From Curvularia clavata (Eukaryota): a stretch of DNA of 64,000 nt. A model generated the notes under the pieces. That model made no database searches, was not told the origin of the DNA, and saw nothing but the letters and a program-made list of their open reading frames with translations. The position numbers and the translations under genes are program-made. The stretch lies in NCBI GenBank assembly GCA_023920165.1, contig CP089277.1:372001-436000 (forward strand), given 5' to 3'. Positions 1-11,691 of this stretch are shown piece after piece. Numbering within the stretch: the first letter of the stretch is position 1; the number at the start of each line of letters is the position of its first letter.

Positions 1-290
1 GCAAGAAGCCTCTTACCGCCGCGCACGAAAAAGACGGTGCAGTCTGCGAGAACTGTCGGCCTCGTATTCCTGAGCTGTACACAAAGACCCTGACCAAGGT
101 CAGTGAGTTAGAGGTCCGTTTCTCCCGTCTTTGGACACAGTGTCAGCGTTGTCAAGGAAGTGTTCACTGTGAAGTCATCTGTGCATCGCGGGACTGCCCG
201 ATCTTCTACATGCGGATGAAGGCGAGGAAAGATGTCGAGGATGCAGGCAAGGAGTTGGTGCGGTTTGACAAGGATGCTGCGCTCTGGTAA
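1..290 (+). CDS. POL3: DNA polymerase delta catalytic subunit, C-terminal end (5'-partial)
   Basis: Manual translation from nt 3 gives [56 protein letters not shown], the CysA/CysB zinc/Fe-S motifs of the Pol delta C-terminus. TAA at 288-290. Confidence 0.95.
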   Translation, partial: KKPLTAAHEKDGAVCENCRPRIPELYTKTLTKVSELEVRFSRLWTQCQRCQGSVHCEVICASRDCPIFYMRMKARKDVEDAGKELVRFDKDAALW

Positions 291-1691
291 TGGTCTTTTA
301 TTCGCTCTGAGAGGAGCGAGGCGTTTTGGTGTTCAATATGTACATGCAGTTGTGCGGTAATGGCAGCATGTGCTGGGTTCAGGAACAATAGCGATGACTA
401 TTGTATGATTACGTTAGTAAATTCTCTAGTAACATACAACTGCAGCCATTCTAGAGTCTGCAGTTGTTGAAAACACGTGATTTCACAAGCATCGTTTGCA
501 TGTTAGTGATGGGGTCTCAATTTAACTCGCTTGAGAGCATTGTGACATAGTTTGATCGCGACTGATTCGCTGCACGAGCAATTCAAATACCTCAATATAG
601 TACAACCACGCAGAAAGTATTTGGTGTCGTTGCTTTTACAGGATGGTTTGTAAGGGCGGCTCAGCTGCAATCTTAATCTAATATCGGTGTATGTTTCACT
701 GACATTGTCTTTTTCCACGAGCGCAGACTAGGCATGCGCGAACTGTGCTCTGGACGGCAACAACTCAGCTGCCAAGGTGCGATGAACGCCACGCTCAACA
801 ACAGTTCATAAGCTCCACTTATCAGGAAACTCAATCGAGCTGTGGTGAACATCATTTCCACATCGGCTGTAGCTACAGGAGTTTCAAGTACCGAACTTCC
901 AGAAGCTCCGTGCCACGGACGTTCCGCTCCGCTGACGTGATATGCGAAAGGAACTTTCCCGTAGATATGGTTTATGGTTTATTGACCGGAGTTTGTGCCG
1001 GCAGAGCGGCCGTTGTCATAGCGTAGCCATAACGCCGATTAATATACCCAAGGCCGTAAATTTTTGTTTTGACAGCATGAATACATACATATGAACTACT
1101 TTGTATGAGGATCGACTCTTCGTATCCAGTTTGGACCCGCGTTATGTAGGTAGAAGTGTGGTGAACGATTAGGAGCTGGCTCGCTGGGGCAGATTTACGT
1201 GTATGCGAACACCCCGGATCGGCGCGGAAACTCCCATGAGTATTTAAGATGAACAGAATGTAAGACCGACATGACTCGTCTACCGGGCTTTCTAATGTTC
1301 TCACGAAGAACTGCCACGTACGCCTGGCATGGGGATGCCCTGGTCCTTGTTTAGCCAAGCGCCAGGTACGGTGGATTGTTTGTGCACAAGGCTGTGGCGT
1401 ATCTTTTGACTTTGTTAATCGTACACTAGATGACTGGAAATTAGAGGTGATCTCTTGGCTGAAGTAAGCTGATGAGTTTCCCTAGGATGCAAAGCTGCTA
1501 AAATATTCGAAGGGATGGGCTTCAGCTAAGTAGCCGTCAGATGCCGGGGCGAAAGTGAGCTTCGGAGAGAATAAAGGGAGCTGCTTCCCAAGGAAGTGTT
1601 TCAATACTCTCGTTTCAATATACGCCTTCTCAACGCGTTTGTTTGACTTAATTTTTTGTTGACGTAATATTGGCTTTCGTGTATCCTAAGC

Positions 1692-3438
1692 ATGAAGCCC
1701 TTCGTTTTAATTGCCGCATTGGCGGCAGGTGTGCAAGCCAATAACAGGTTTGAGCCGCAAAACTTCGACGCCAATGAGGCCTTGATGAACAAGGGTGTTA
1801 ACGTTTCAAACCCTTCAACTGGAATCTCGAACAACTGCCACATAGCAGTAAGTAATTGGCATTAAGTTGCATGATTGGACGACGCTGATACTTCGCCAGT
1901 GCGACACACTCAGGAGACGATTTGGCAACAACAAACTCGTCCTGCCATCTGATGCTGCATATAAGAATTTCACCGATTCCTATTGGTCTGCTCAGCAGCG
2001 AAGCATCTCTCCAGGCTGTGTCTTCAAGCCTGAGACAGCTCAAGATGTGTCGGTTGCAGTCCTGACTTCGAGGTTGACGAACTGCCCATTTGCCGCCAAG
2101 AGCGGTGGACACTCGGCAGTTCCAGGAGGATCAAACATTCAAAATGGAATTACTATCAGCTTCGAGAAGATGAGCAAGACTACAGTGTCTGCTGATAGGA
2201 AAAGTGTCACGTTCGAGCCAGGCCAGACATGGCGCGATGTGTACTCGAAACTGGCAAAGGATAACATTATCATTATCGGTGGCAGGGTAAGATACGAAGT
2301 ACAATAATGAAGAAGGCTTGGTTAACCAGTGTTTAGGCTGCTAGTGTCGGCGTGGGAGGTCTGACCCTTGGTGGAGGTGAGTTACTTTCCACTGACATAA
2401 TAAAACCAACGCAAGCTTACATCCAATCCAGGTATCTCTTACTTCTCCAACACCTATGGTCTAGCCTGCGACAATGTCATCTCCTATGAAGTTGTCACAG
2501 CCTGTGGCCGTATCATCAACGTCAGCAAGACATCCTACCCGGATCTCTACTGGGCCCTTCGCGGCGGCGGTAACAACTTTGGCATCGTCACCAAGTTCCA
2601 GGTCAACGCCATCTCCAAGTCTCCCATGATGTGGGGTGGCATGCGCCTCTACTCCCAACAAGCCATTCCAGCTCTAATCCAGGGCTACTACAACCTGGGC
2701 TTCAACGCGTCGAAAGACGGAAAAGCACACCAAATCCTGTCATTTGCATATGGCGGCCCACAGATTGGCAGCGTTGCCAGCCTCGAGCTTGAATACGCCG
2801 ATCCAAACGGCGAGACTGCCCCCGTTCTCAAGGAACTCAACTCCATCGACCCCAGGACCGTCCTTCAGGGCGGATTTCAAAACAGCACCCTCGTCGATCT
2901 AACAGTGAGTCTGGGCCAGACGGCCGCCGTAGCCGGACTCCGCCAGTCCTTCATCACATGGACTGCGAAGCTGGATGTAGAGCTCGCCAACATCACACAA
3001 GGCATTTTCTTCGAGGAACTTCCTAGCGTCATCGACGCAGCCAATATCACGCCTGCGCTCGCACTCCAAGTCATCTCGGAGCCCATAATCCGTAAGACGG
3101 CGCTGAATGGTGGAAACCCGCTTGGTCTGTACCCAGAAGAAGGACCGCTCATGCTGGCGCTCGTTTCCATCCGCTGGTCTAATTCCACTGATGATGCACG
3201 CATCAACGCTTTTTCGCAGAGGGTGCTGGAGCGTTCCGTGCAGGCGGCCAAGGCGCTGGGTAAGAGCTCGGATTATATTTACATGAATTATGCAAATGGG
3301 GCGCAGGATGTTGTAGCTGGGTATGGCGCGCAGAACAAGGCGCGGTTGGAGCAGATTTCGAAGAAATATGACCCTGAGGGTGTGTTTGAGAGACTGCAGC
3401 CGGGCTACTTTAAGTTGAACAAGGCGCCTGATGCATAG
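1692..3438 (+). CDS. Secreted FAD-binding (berberine-bridge-enzyme-like) oxidoreductase, multi-exon
   Basis: ATG at 1692 with signal peptide MKPFVLIAALAAGVQA. Intron 1848-1899 and further introns near 2287-2336 and 2377-2431. Motifs: KSGGHS (covalent flavin His), GGRAASVGVGG after splicing, DLYWALRGGGNNFGIVTKF, and BBE-type C-terminal YMNYA..YG..N..RL..ISKKYDPEGVF. Confidence 0.9.
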
Positions 3439-3879
3439 AGGAAGTTTTAAGGAGAAGTAATTGGGGATTGAGGCTTGGGGTACTTTGAACGATAGATATA
3501 TCGTGATTCGAGATACATGATACATTCTAATGTTTTATTCTGCTGTCATACTTGCTTCATTCCATTGAGCTGCTCGTGAACTTGAAGCTTAGACTCGGAC
3601 TAGCTGAGACAGGGAGAAAGTTGAAGTGGGATTGGTTAATGCTACCTTGATTTTTACATGTACAGCCGAAAATCAAGAACGTCTCAAACTAAGTATTTGT
3701 TCTCTCCACATTCAACGCGAAAGAATTCGTAACTATCCAAGAGAACGAGGGAGGTCGTGAACCGCAGTCTGCAGAAACGTGTACCTGAACGTTATCCCTG
3801 ATCACTCAGTTAGTCCGCACCCCTACTACAATGCTAAAAGCGAACAAGGATATCGACATACCCCTTTCCCCTCTTCCGC

Positions 3880-4128
3880 TTACATGACCGCACATCCTGG
3901 ACCAATGCCACCAGGGGTACCAAGTGTTGTCTGCGTCGGGTACTTTAACTTTGTGGTGACGTCTTCACGACTTTCTGTCATGGCAGAAACCGCCGCCTTT
4001 GCCATTATCGCAGAATATATCAAGACTTGCTTGATCTGTGTGCTCAATTCGATTGCCATAGCGTTGAAATTGCGAGAAGGTGGTGTAGAAAAGTGCTGGA
4101 CCAGCAGCATTGTCGACATGTCGTGCAT
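3880..4128 (-). CDS. Putative a-factor-class lipopeptide pheromone precursor (CAAX-terminated short ORF); start codon uncertain (4128, 4005 or 3981)
   Basis: Ends ..KYPTQTTLGTPGGIGPGCAVM-TAA. In-frame ATGs at 4128, 4119, 4110, 4059, 4005 and 3981. TATATAAA at 4311-4304 followed by a C/A-rich leader. Confidence 0.5.
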   Translation of the reverse strand: MHDMSTMLLVQHFSTPPSRNFNAMAIELSTQIKQVLIYSAIMAKAAVSAMTESREDVTTKLKYPTQTTLGTPGGIGPGCAVM

Positions 4129-5336
4129 GTTTGATATTCGTTCGCACAGCGAGACTTGGTTGGTATTTAGGGTATGGGTGTGGTGGTAGTGTTGATGTAT
4201 TACTTTGCTTTGATGTTGACAGGACCAGCCGGTGGGATAAAAGTCTATGTTGAAAAAGTTGTGGTGGTATGAGGAGAGTCTTCGAGAAGGTTGCAGCATG
4301 GCCTTTATATATCTGGGGGACGACGACGTAGAATATTTTCACTCGCATACCATTGTTCTGGCTTAGCATTGTTCTGCTCATGGCTGGCGGTGCCGTGCTC
4401 GAGATGAGTGTGGGGTTGGCGGAGGTGCAAGGCGGGTTGCGTGCTTGCTATTGTTCCAAGCGTTGGGCAACCACGGCAATGCGCGGTATATGATGGCGAG
4501 TTCCCATGGCTAGGCATCAAGAAACACGCTTTCACATCAGGAATCGCAACGAGTACGATTGAGGAGGTCGGTAGTCGTCTGCATTCCTGGACGTCGTTTT
4601 CCAACGCAGTCACACATATCCCAACCCATGCCACATCAGCCGGCTCCGAATCCCCTCCAACTTAACTACACCTCTCAACTTTGATGTCGAGAATACAAGT
4701 AGATCAATTCACTAGTCCATCATATGGATCCGACTGCGTATACTCATTCGTATAATTATTCGTACAATTACCTTCTTCAAGTCTTCCGCTCAGAATATGT
4801 AGCCACAACCCACTGCACAACTTCTGTCATTCTAAACGCCAGACTAAGAAAATACCTGTGAACTCAGCCTAGCAGGCGGGGAAATAATTAGAAAAAGATT
4901 GTTTGTATTTTGCTTTGAAAATTATATAACTATTTACATACGTGATTGAACCACCTACACAAATAATACATAATCCGCTCTGCTGGCTAAGCCCCAGAGC
5001 GTCGGTATAAGCTACTCTACCTAATGAGCGCCAAACAGTCCTTGCCTCCATACATAGACTCACCACTACATGACCAATCAGTAAATCAGATCCCTTAACC
5101 TTTGCCATACACTGCATACATCAAAACAACAAGCTCAGCCATACATACAGATTTCCCTCATATTCAAGATTATAACTATTATGTAGCGAGTGTATATACT
5201 ATTCCTCCATCCACCATTCCATTCTATGTACAAAGTTTTCCCCATCCAAAAATTCTCTATTACCAAGCTTTTCCCTTTCCTCATAACATGTGTATATATT
5301 TACTCGCCTACTCCATTCAAATAATCCTCGTCAGAT

Positions 5337-6058
5337 TTAGTTACCAGCAGCAGCCTTACCCTTTCCCTTTGCGGCAGCCTTTCCCTTACCCTTGGCCTTT
5401 CCTTTTCCCTTTGCTTTGGTCGTAGCCGTGGCAGCATCACCCGCCTGGGCACCCAGGACATTCTTGGGATTTGTACCGGCCTTGTTGTTAATCACCTGGC
5501 CGCCGCTGATGCCGCCCTGGGGACTGACGTTGTTGCGTGCCTGGGCGGCCTTGTTCTGGTACTGAGTGACGGCAGCCGCATTGGGGGGGTTGATGACCAT
5601 GACCATGCCTTGTTGGCAGTGCTGGGCCTGGGAGCAGTAGATGTACATGGGCTGGGTGTCTGTGATGGGGACCATGAAGGTGGGCGTGTTGCCGGTTTGG
5701 CGGATGCGGTTGCGGCCGTTGGCGGCGTTGGCACCGGGGTTTCCCTTTGGGTTGCCGGGGATGGGCTGGAAGTCGGAGAAGATGGCGTTTCTTTGGGGTC
5801 GGCAGGGGGTGTTTGCGTCGGAGGAGGCGACGCTGTGGTTCTGGGGTCAAGTCAGATTTGATGCTGATGGGTTGAAGTGAGGGCAAGTCAATGTACCTGA
5901 GCAACAAAGTTAAAGGCGACCATGTCTCCAGGCTGAGCGGTGATGGTGTTTGGTGTAAACTGGAACTTGTTGTTGGCAGCTACGGTGACCGTCATGACGG
6001 CAGCGGATGCAGTCAAGCTCTGGGCAAGAGCTGCGCATAGGATTGTGGAGAAGAGCAT
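5337..6058 (-). CDS. Secreted cupredoxin-domain protein with Lys/Gly/Ala-rich tail
   Basis: Signal peptide MLFSTILCAALAQSLTASA and FTPNTITAQPGDMVAFNF. Intron 5841-5896 joins to NHSV. Type-1 Cu ligand motif YCSQAQHCQQGMVMVINP. Tail KAKGKGKAKGKGKAAAKGKGKAAAGN. Confidence 0.88.
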
Positions 6059-7567
6059 GGTGACTGGCACAGGAAGGTTGGATTTGAATGATTATGATTG
6101 ATGGTATGTATTAAAACTGATGCCCGATAAGGATATAAGGAAATGATCAAGGTGAAGTGGCCTGCAGCTTGACCTGAGGAAGTTGGGGCCGTTGGGCAAG
6201 ATATACACCTTCATTGTACGCCTGAGAGCCTCAGTTGAGGCTTTCTCTACTAACTCTGAGCGAGCGGAAGATGAAGCTGATTGAAAACTGCATTTGGCCT
6301 CGGAGACGTTGGTCGGCCGACATTGAGCTGGATAGTAGTCGTGGAGATGGTGTTGGATGTTTCGTGCCGAGTCTCATGCCAAGTTCCAAACACTTAGAAA
6401 CTTACGATAGGAGGGTGTGATTGGACTGCTAAACGCGAAGACAGAGCTTGTTGGATGGCTCCCTGCAAACAAGTGCGTCTCTTGTTTTGGGTGTTGCGTA
6501 TGGACTAGGCTGGTGTGTTGACAAACATTCTCGGGTCGAAGGTGATCCGACTGAAAATACACAGCATGTGCCCCATTCTGCGTAATAACAGCGGCCATGT
6601 CAAGTCAAGGCCGAACCTATTCCGTCATAATTGTCCTTTTAGGAGAAGGGTAAAGACTGTTCGCCTTCTATGATAGCCTCACTAATCATATCATCAATTC
6701 AGACGAACCCACAAAGACGGCATCACGGGCTATTGGCACTGCAAAATTGCAGCAGTCGAACAAGCGGACCAGGATGGAAGGCTCGCATCATTACATAGGC
6801 ATCTGAGCAGGTCGGAACGTGTTCGAAACAGGCAGGTCTGACACTAGAGCTTCAGGGCATCTTCTGTGAAACAGAGTCAAACACGTGCCTTATAGGTGAA
6901 GCACCAAGGGTTGTGAGATGACGGGTAATATGAAAAGACGGCAGTGTGGTCGTGTATATATGATTACGCCGTGGCCTCAGCAGTCTCGGGACATGGCTGA
7001 TGGTCACGCCTTGGTGGTCAAAGGCTTTGGCGCTCGAACAGGGCGCTATGCCGCATTGGGCGATGGTGTGTAAATTGGCTGACTCGACGCAGAGCCGCAA
7101 GGGAGCCATATTTGTTTTGAACAAAAAGGTACGTACGCAAGCGGGCGCCATGGTGAATTGCAAGCGTGACTCGGGAAGAATGAAGGGCGAAAAAGGATGG
7201 GCACCAAAGTCTTAGTCTGACGTCTAGCCTGGACAACGGGGGCGGTTCGGAGCCTAGTAGCACCTAGCGCAGCTTACAGGAGCAAAAAGGCGTTAGCTGC
7301 ACGTGTCGAGAAATTGCAGCCGCGAGGGCCGTTGGGCAGAACGACACAAGGTTGGAGTGACAGGAGCAGCGACAGGCGTTGAAGGTTGAGGGTGAAGGAC
7401 CCGCCCCCCGCACGCCATGGCGAGGATCGACGGACAGAAGGCGGCGCCTTTGCAGTCAGCCAGCAGAGGATGAGGCGCTACTGGGATAATAGCGAGATGA
7501 GAATTGGGACGAGGGAGCCGCGCACGGGCCGCGGGAGTTGAGACGGAGCGACAGTTTCAGATGGGCT

Positions 7568-7620
7568 GGAGCAGCAGCAGGAGCAGGAGCAGGAGGAGCA
7601 GGAGCAGGAGCAGCAGGAGG
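7568..7620. repeat. (GGAGCA)n/GCAGGA low-complexity tandem repeat
   Basis: Sequence gagcagcagcaggagcaggagcaggaggagcaggagcaggagcagcaggagg seen directly. Confidence 0.85.
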
Positions 7621-9054
7621 TGAGTGCGAGAGGCCGAGAGGCGCGCATGGCCGGATCTGCAGTGGGCGGCATGCATAGGCGCTGGTTGCGGTGGTGGTCG
7701 GTGGGCGGTGTTCTGGTGGCAGCGTCCAAAGTATATTTAGACGGGCTTGCCGTGGTGTCGTGGCTGCGGTCCAGCCAATCAGGGAGCGACTTGGCATGGG
7801 CGCCGTTAGCACTGCTGGTACGCTACCAATGGGCGGCCCAGCCGACGCACATAGACGCTGCCAGCGGCCGGGTGCGCGTATTGCGGTGAGCCTGGGTCTC
7901 GTGGCCGGCATGCGACGACGCTGCTTGGATGGAGTCGCTGTGAGCAGAGGGCGAATCGAGGCGCGAGGTGCTGTGGTGGCGGCGGGCATGCTGATGACGC
8001 CCCTCCCTCTCTCCCTCTCTCCCCTCGTCTCGTCGGGACTGAAACGCCAGCACTCTGCATACCAACATGGCATAATCCAGCAGCGCAGACGAGATGAGAT
8101 TGCGCGTCGCAGCAACGCAGGAACAGCGTGTCCTCCGTGGCCAAGCCAGCGTTTCAAAGGCTGCATTCGACATGGCAGACGGGGGCCGGCCCAGGGGCGC
8201 TGCATTGAGCCTAGCCCGATGCAGGGTCGCGCCCTCGCTGCCACCCACGCCCCAGTCACCTTGGCTTATAGCGCGCCCTCACGTCCCCACGGCCCGTCTT
8301 TCTCGCCCTTTGCCTTTGCTCTTCTCCTCTCCTCGCCCCTCTCTTCTCTCGTCGTCTCCTCATCTCCTCATCTCACCATCCCTCCCTCCTCTTTCTCTCT
8401 CCGCCCTCGCTCTCTTCTGCCGCCCACTGCTGCTTCTGCATCTTCTACCTGCTCCGCTTCTTTGGACCAGCTTACCCGCTTAATCTGCCTTTGTGCCTGT
8501 GTGCCTGTGTGTGTGCGAGCGCGCCAGTCCCGTCGCTCCGCCGCCGTCGAACCCCATCGAGAAAAAAAAAACACATCGCCATCTCACGCTTCATCCATCG
8601 GCTAGCCTGCGCTTGATCCTTCACGGCTTGTTCGTGCATTCACCTTCTCCCAAAAAATCTTCGGTCTTTTTCGTCGCTTCCCTCTGAGCTTCGGTGCGCC
8701 AGGTCCCGCCTTCCGCCTTCCTGCCCGCACTAGCTCCTCCCGCTTCACCGCGCCACCACCGTCAACTCCCAGTGGACGCAGCGACTCCAGACCACTCTTC
8801 TTGTTAATAGCTCCAACTGCATTGCCCATCGGCCGGTTTTCGATTCTCTCTCACACACTCTACCTTAGCCATTTCCGATCAGCTACGATCCTTAATCCCG
8901 TAATCGCCAGCGCCTAAGCTCGCCTGCCCACCCACCGTCGACTGTCCAGCTCGACTACGTCATCTTCGATTCTGTATCTTTTCTCGTGTGCCCTTTGCAT
9001 ACCCCACCCTTCGTTGCACCCTTACCCTTCGGCAACTCTTTATAGACCACCAAA

Positions 9055-10746
9055 ATGAGCATGGACGCTGGCGGTCTTGCTCAAATGACGTACAACAACC
9101 AAAACAACAACTTCCAGTCCCAGGCCGGATTCGGTGGCCCGACTGCCAGCTTTGCCTCGCGCGGCAAAGGTGCTCAGCTTAAGCGCCTGAGCGTGGCCTC
9201 TCCACCAAAGGTTGCTTCCATTGCCGAGGACTCGATTCCCACGCCGCGCACCAGCCGGTCCCACCTTTTGGCTGGCCTCCGCACTGCGCCCAAGACGCCC
9301 ACATCTGCCCAGCCCCCTGCTTCGGCTCCCTACTCGCAGGGACAGCACAACCTGGGTGCCAATGTCAACGCTGCCAATGGCGCCAACAACAACAACCGCT
9401 TGCCCAGACAGTACAACGGCGCCAACCAGGGTATTCCCCAGACTGCCATTGGTTCCGGCTTCCGTGGTGTCAACCAGTTCCAGCAGCAGCAGCAGCAGCA
9501 GCAGCCAGACTACTACAACCAGGTTCTGGCCCCGCCCTCGTTCGAGTTTGACGATGGCGAGATGGATCCCAATGTGGCCGCTCAGCTTCTGGCTACCGAA
9601 ATGTACCTTGCCCAGAGGCAGCAGCAGCTCCAGCAGCAACTGCTTGCTTTGACCACGCAGCAATTCGGCAGCATGAACATGTCTGGCGGTCAGCAGTACC
9701 CCAACACGCCCTACACGCCCCAGATGAACGCCTATGGCCAGCAGTTTGGTAACACGGCTGCGATCCAGGAGACCAATCAGCCTGGTGTCTATCTGGTTTT
9801 CAACCAGATGACTGGTCAGTACCAGTACGTTGTCGACCCAAGCTACCAGCACGACAACGGCGCTGTCCAGGCTCTCAATGGCATGTCGGGTTTGTCTCAC
9901 TCGCCACCTCCGCCAACTCCCCGCTTCGCTCCCTCGCCCCCCAAGGTCGATACCCCGGTGCTCCACGTCTCGCCTCCCAACGAGAGCAACCCCAGCCCCT
10001 GGGCCACCCGCAGCAGCTCGCCTCCCAAGAAGTCCAGCACCCCTCCTCAGGACGTGGTTCCTCTTCCCCCACCATCTGCCAACGCTTTCCGCCGCGGCCA
10101 CAAGAAGAACCCTTCTACGCTTGCTGTCGACGCCAAGACTGATGCTGCTGAGGGCCCTCGCTCCGGCCTTGCCCGCTCTGCTGGTTTCCCTGCTACTCCC
10201 ATGACTGGCACTTTCGGTCCTGGTCAAGCCCGTGCTGGAGAGCACCCTGTTCGTCAGCCCCGCAATCCTCCTTCGATTGAGGAGCTCAAGGAACGCCCCA
10301 CTACCAAGCACGAGGGTAGCAAGAACTTTGCCACCCGTCAACGCCGCCAGGCTGTGGGCAGCCTTGTACGAGCTGGCATCGGCCGCCGTGCTCACCGCAC
10401 TGGCAGTGGAAGTGCTTCTCCAGACAGCGAGAACTTTCCCTCGTCTGACAATGACACCGACAGCGTTCGCAGCGGAGCCAGTGGCAGCCTCTCTGGCAGG
10501 CCTAGCATCGGCAGCCTCCGTGCTGTCGCCAATGGCGCCATTGGCTCCGAGCGCAAGGCCTCCAAGGAGCGCTCTCGTGACAACTCGATGAACCGTACCT
10601 ACACTGCCAACAGCGTTAGCAGCGACGATGGCGCCTCGGTAGGCGGCGGCCTTGTTGATATCCGTCCAGAGGACAACAGCCAGCGCCGTGGCATGCCCAA
10701 GCTCATTCTCACCAGCACTGAGAAGCGCAAGAGCACCGTCTTCTAA
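9055..10746 (+). CDS. Conserved fungal low-complexity (Q/N/P/S-rich) protein, function unknown
   Basis: 563-aa single-exon ORF with strong C-ending codon bias and start context CAAAATG. Blocks PTPRTSRSHLLAGLRTAPK and GEHPVRQPRNPP..KHEGSKNFATRQRR, plus polyQ. Confidence 0.85.
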   Translation: MSMDAGGLAQMTYNNQNNNFQSQAGFGGPTASFASRGKGAQLKRLSVASPPKVASIAEDSIPTPRTSRSHLLAGLRTAPKTPTSAQPPASAPYSQGQHNLGANVNAANGANNNNRLPRQYNGANQGIPQTAIGSGFRGVNQFQQQQQQQQPDYYNQVLAPPSFEFDDGEMDPNVAAQLLATEMYLAQRQQQLQQQLLALTTQQFGSMNMSGGQQYPNTPYTPQMNAYGQQFGNTAAIQETNQPGVYLVFNQMTGQYQYVVDPSYQHDNGAVQALNGMSGLSHSPPPPTPRFAPSPPKVDTPVLHVSPPNESNPSPWATRSSSPPKKSSTPPQDVVPLPPPSANAFRRGHKKNPSTLAVDAKTDAAEGPRSGLARSAGFPATPMTGTFGPGQARAGEHPVRQPRNPPSIEELKERPTTKHEGSKNFATRQRRQAVGSLVRAGIGRRAHRTGSGSASPDSENFPSSDNDTDSVRSGASGSLSGRPSIGSLRAVANGAIGSERKASKERSRDNSMNRTYTANSVSSDDGASVGGGLVDIRPEDNSQRRGMPKLILTSTEKRKSTVF

Positions 10747-11691
10747 ACAAGTCTATCGGGATTGGACAAGAACAGTCTGGGACTTTGCTCCCTTGTGCAT
10801 ATTACCAAACGAGCGCTTTCATGGCCCATGACGACTTTTTCTCTTTGCTCATTTTGTTTGTTCTATTCTGTATTCCACCAAGCCCAGCTTTCACATCTTT
10901 GAAACATCACGATTACCTTTCTTGTCTTCCCCGCTTGGAAGACCCCTTTTTACCCAACCCTTTTTTTCTTCTCCTTGTTTCTCTAGGACAGTTATGTGAA
11001 TTGCTTTTTTTACGAGCATGTTGAGGGCTCTGGCTTCTGGGATCGGCGACTTGGTTTATGCTTCACGGACAACGAACTCTATTGCCTGCGGCTAGAGATC
11101 ATTGCACTCGTTGAGCTTCTTCTTGTTTCTTGTGTTATCAGTTATCTAGCAAGATTGGCGTCTTTGACCAATCCAGTCGCTATTGTGGCATGGGTGGCAC
11201 AGGCGGTAAAAAGACGAGTGCATCATGTAGAATGAGATTTGATCATCACTCGCTTGCACACCTTTCCCAGAGCTATATTGCATTGTGCCCTGTTGTGATG
11301 TGATGTGATGCGATGCGATACGACAACGAGGGGTCTCTGCTGATCCGGCTAGACCCTTTTACCTGTGCTTTGTTGCCGCGTGAATCTAATTTCGGGTACC
11401 TGAGCGCGAACGGTGATCGACAGTGTCACTTGTTGAGCAAGTCCAAGTACGAGGGTGCAAGGGGAGGGATCGCTCGATCCCATCTCCATAGGGCTGGGTG
11501 GTTTTGGTCTGAAAATGCGGGGCAGGCCAAACGCGAAACTTTGGATCATTTGTACCGCGACACACCATGACCTCCAACACAACGCGAGTCCATACTCGTA
11601 CGACTCTACCGCCTGCCCAAATTCTCTTTTACGAATAGACGAAAGTAAAAACACACTCGCGACCCTTTTCGCACCGCGCACCAAAAAAAAA

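Noticed and set aside
3965..4634. Alternative minus-strand ORFs (138 aa and 109 aa) near the CAAX ORF
   Set aside because: No motifs. They span the putative TATA/leader and are better explained as chance frames.
1692..6058. FAD oxidase plus cupredoxin as a secondary-metabolite cluster
   Set aside because: No PKS, NRPS, terpene synthase or other backbone enzyme, transporter or cluster regulator nearby.
7456..8605. Overlapping 267-aa and 304-aa ORFs
   Set aside because: GC-rich, low-complexity promoter/leader DNA with few stop codons. No domain and no coding-like composition.
9040..10395. 451-aa antisense ORF
   Set aside because: Shadow of the strongly codon-biased sense gene.
11455..11691. 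N-terminal extension of BUD32 in the ORF track
   Set aside because: Begins at a non-ATG codon. The eukaryotic start is the ATG at 11692 in an A-rich context.
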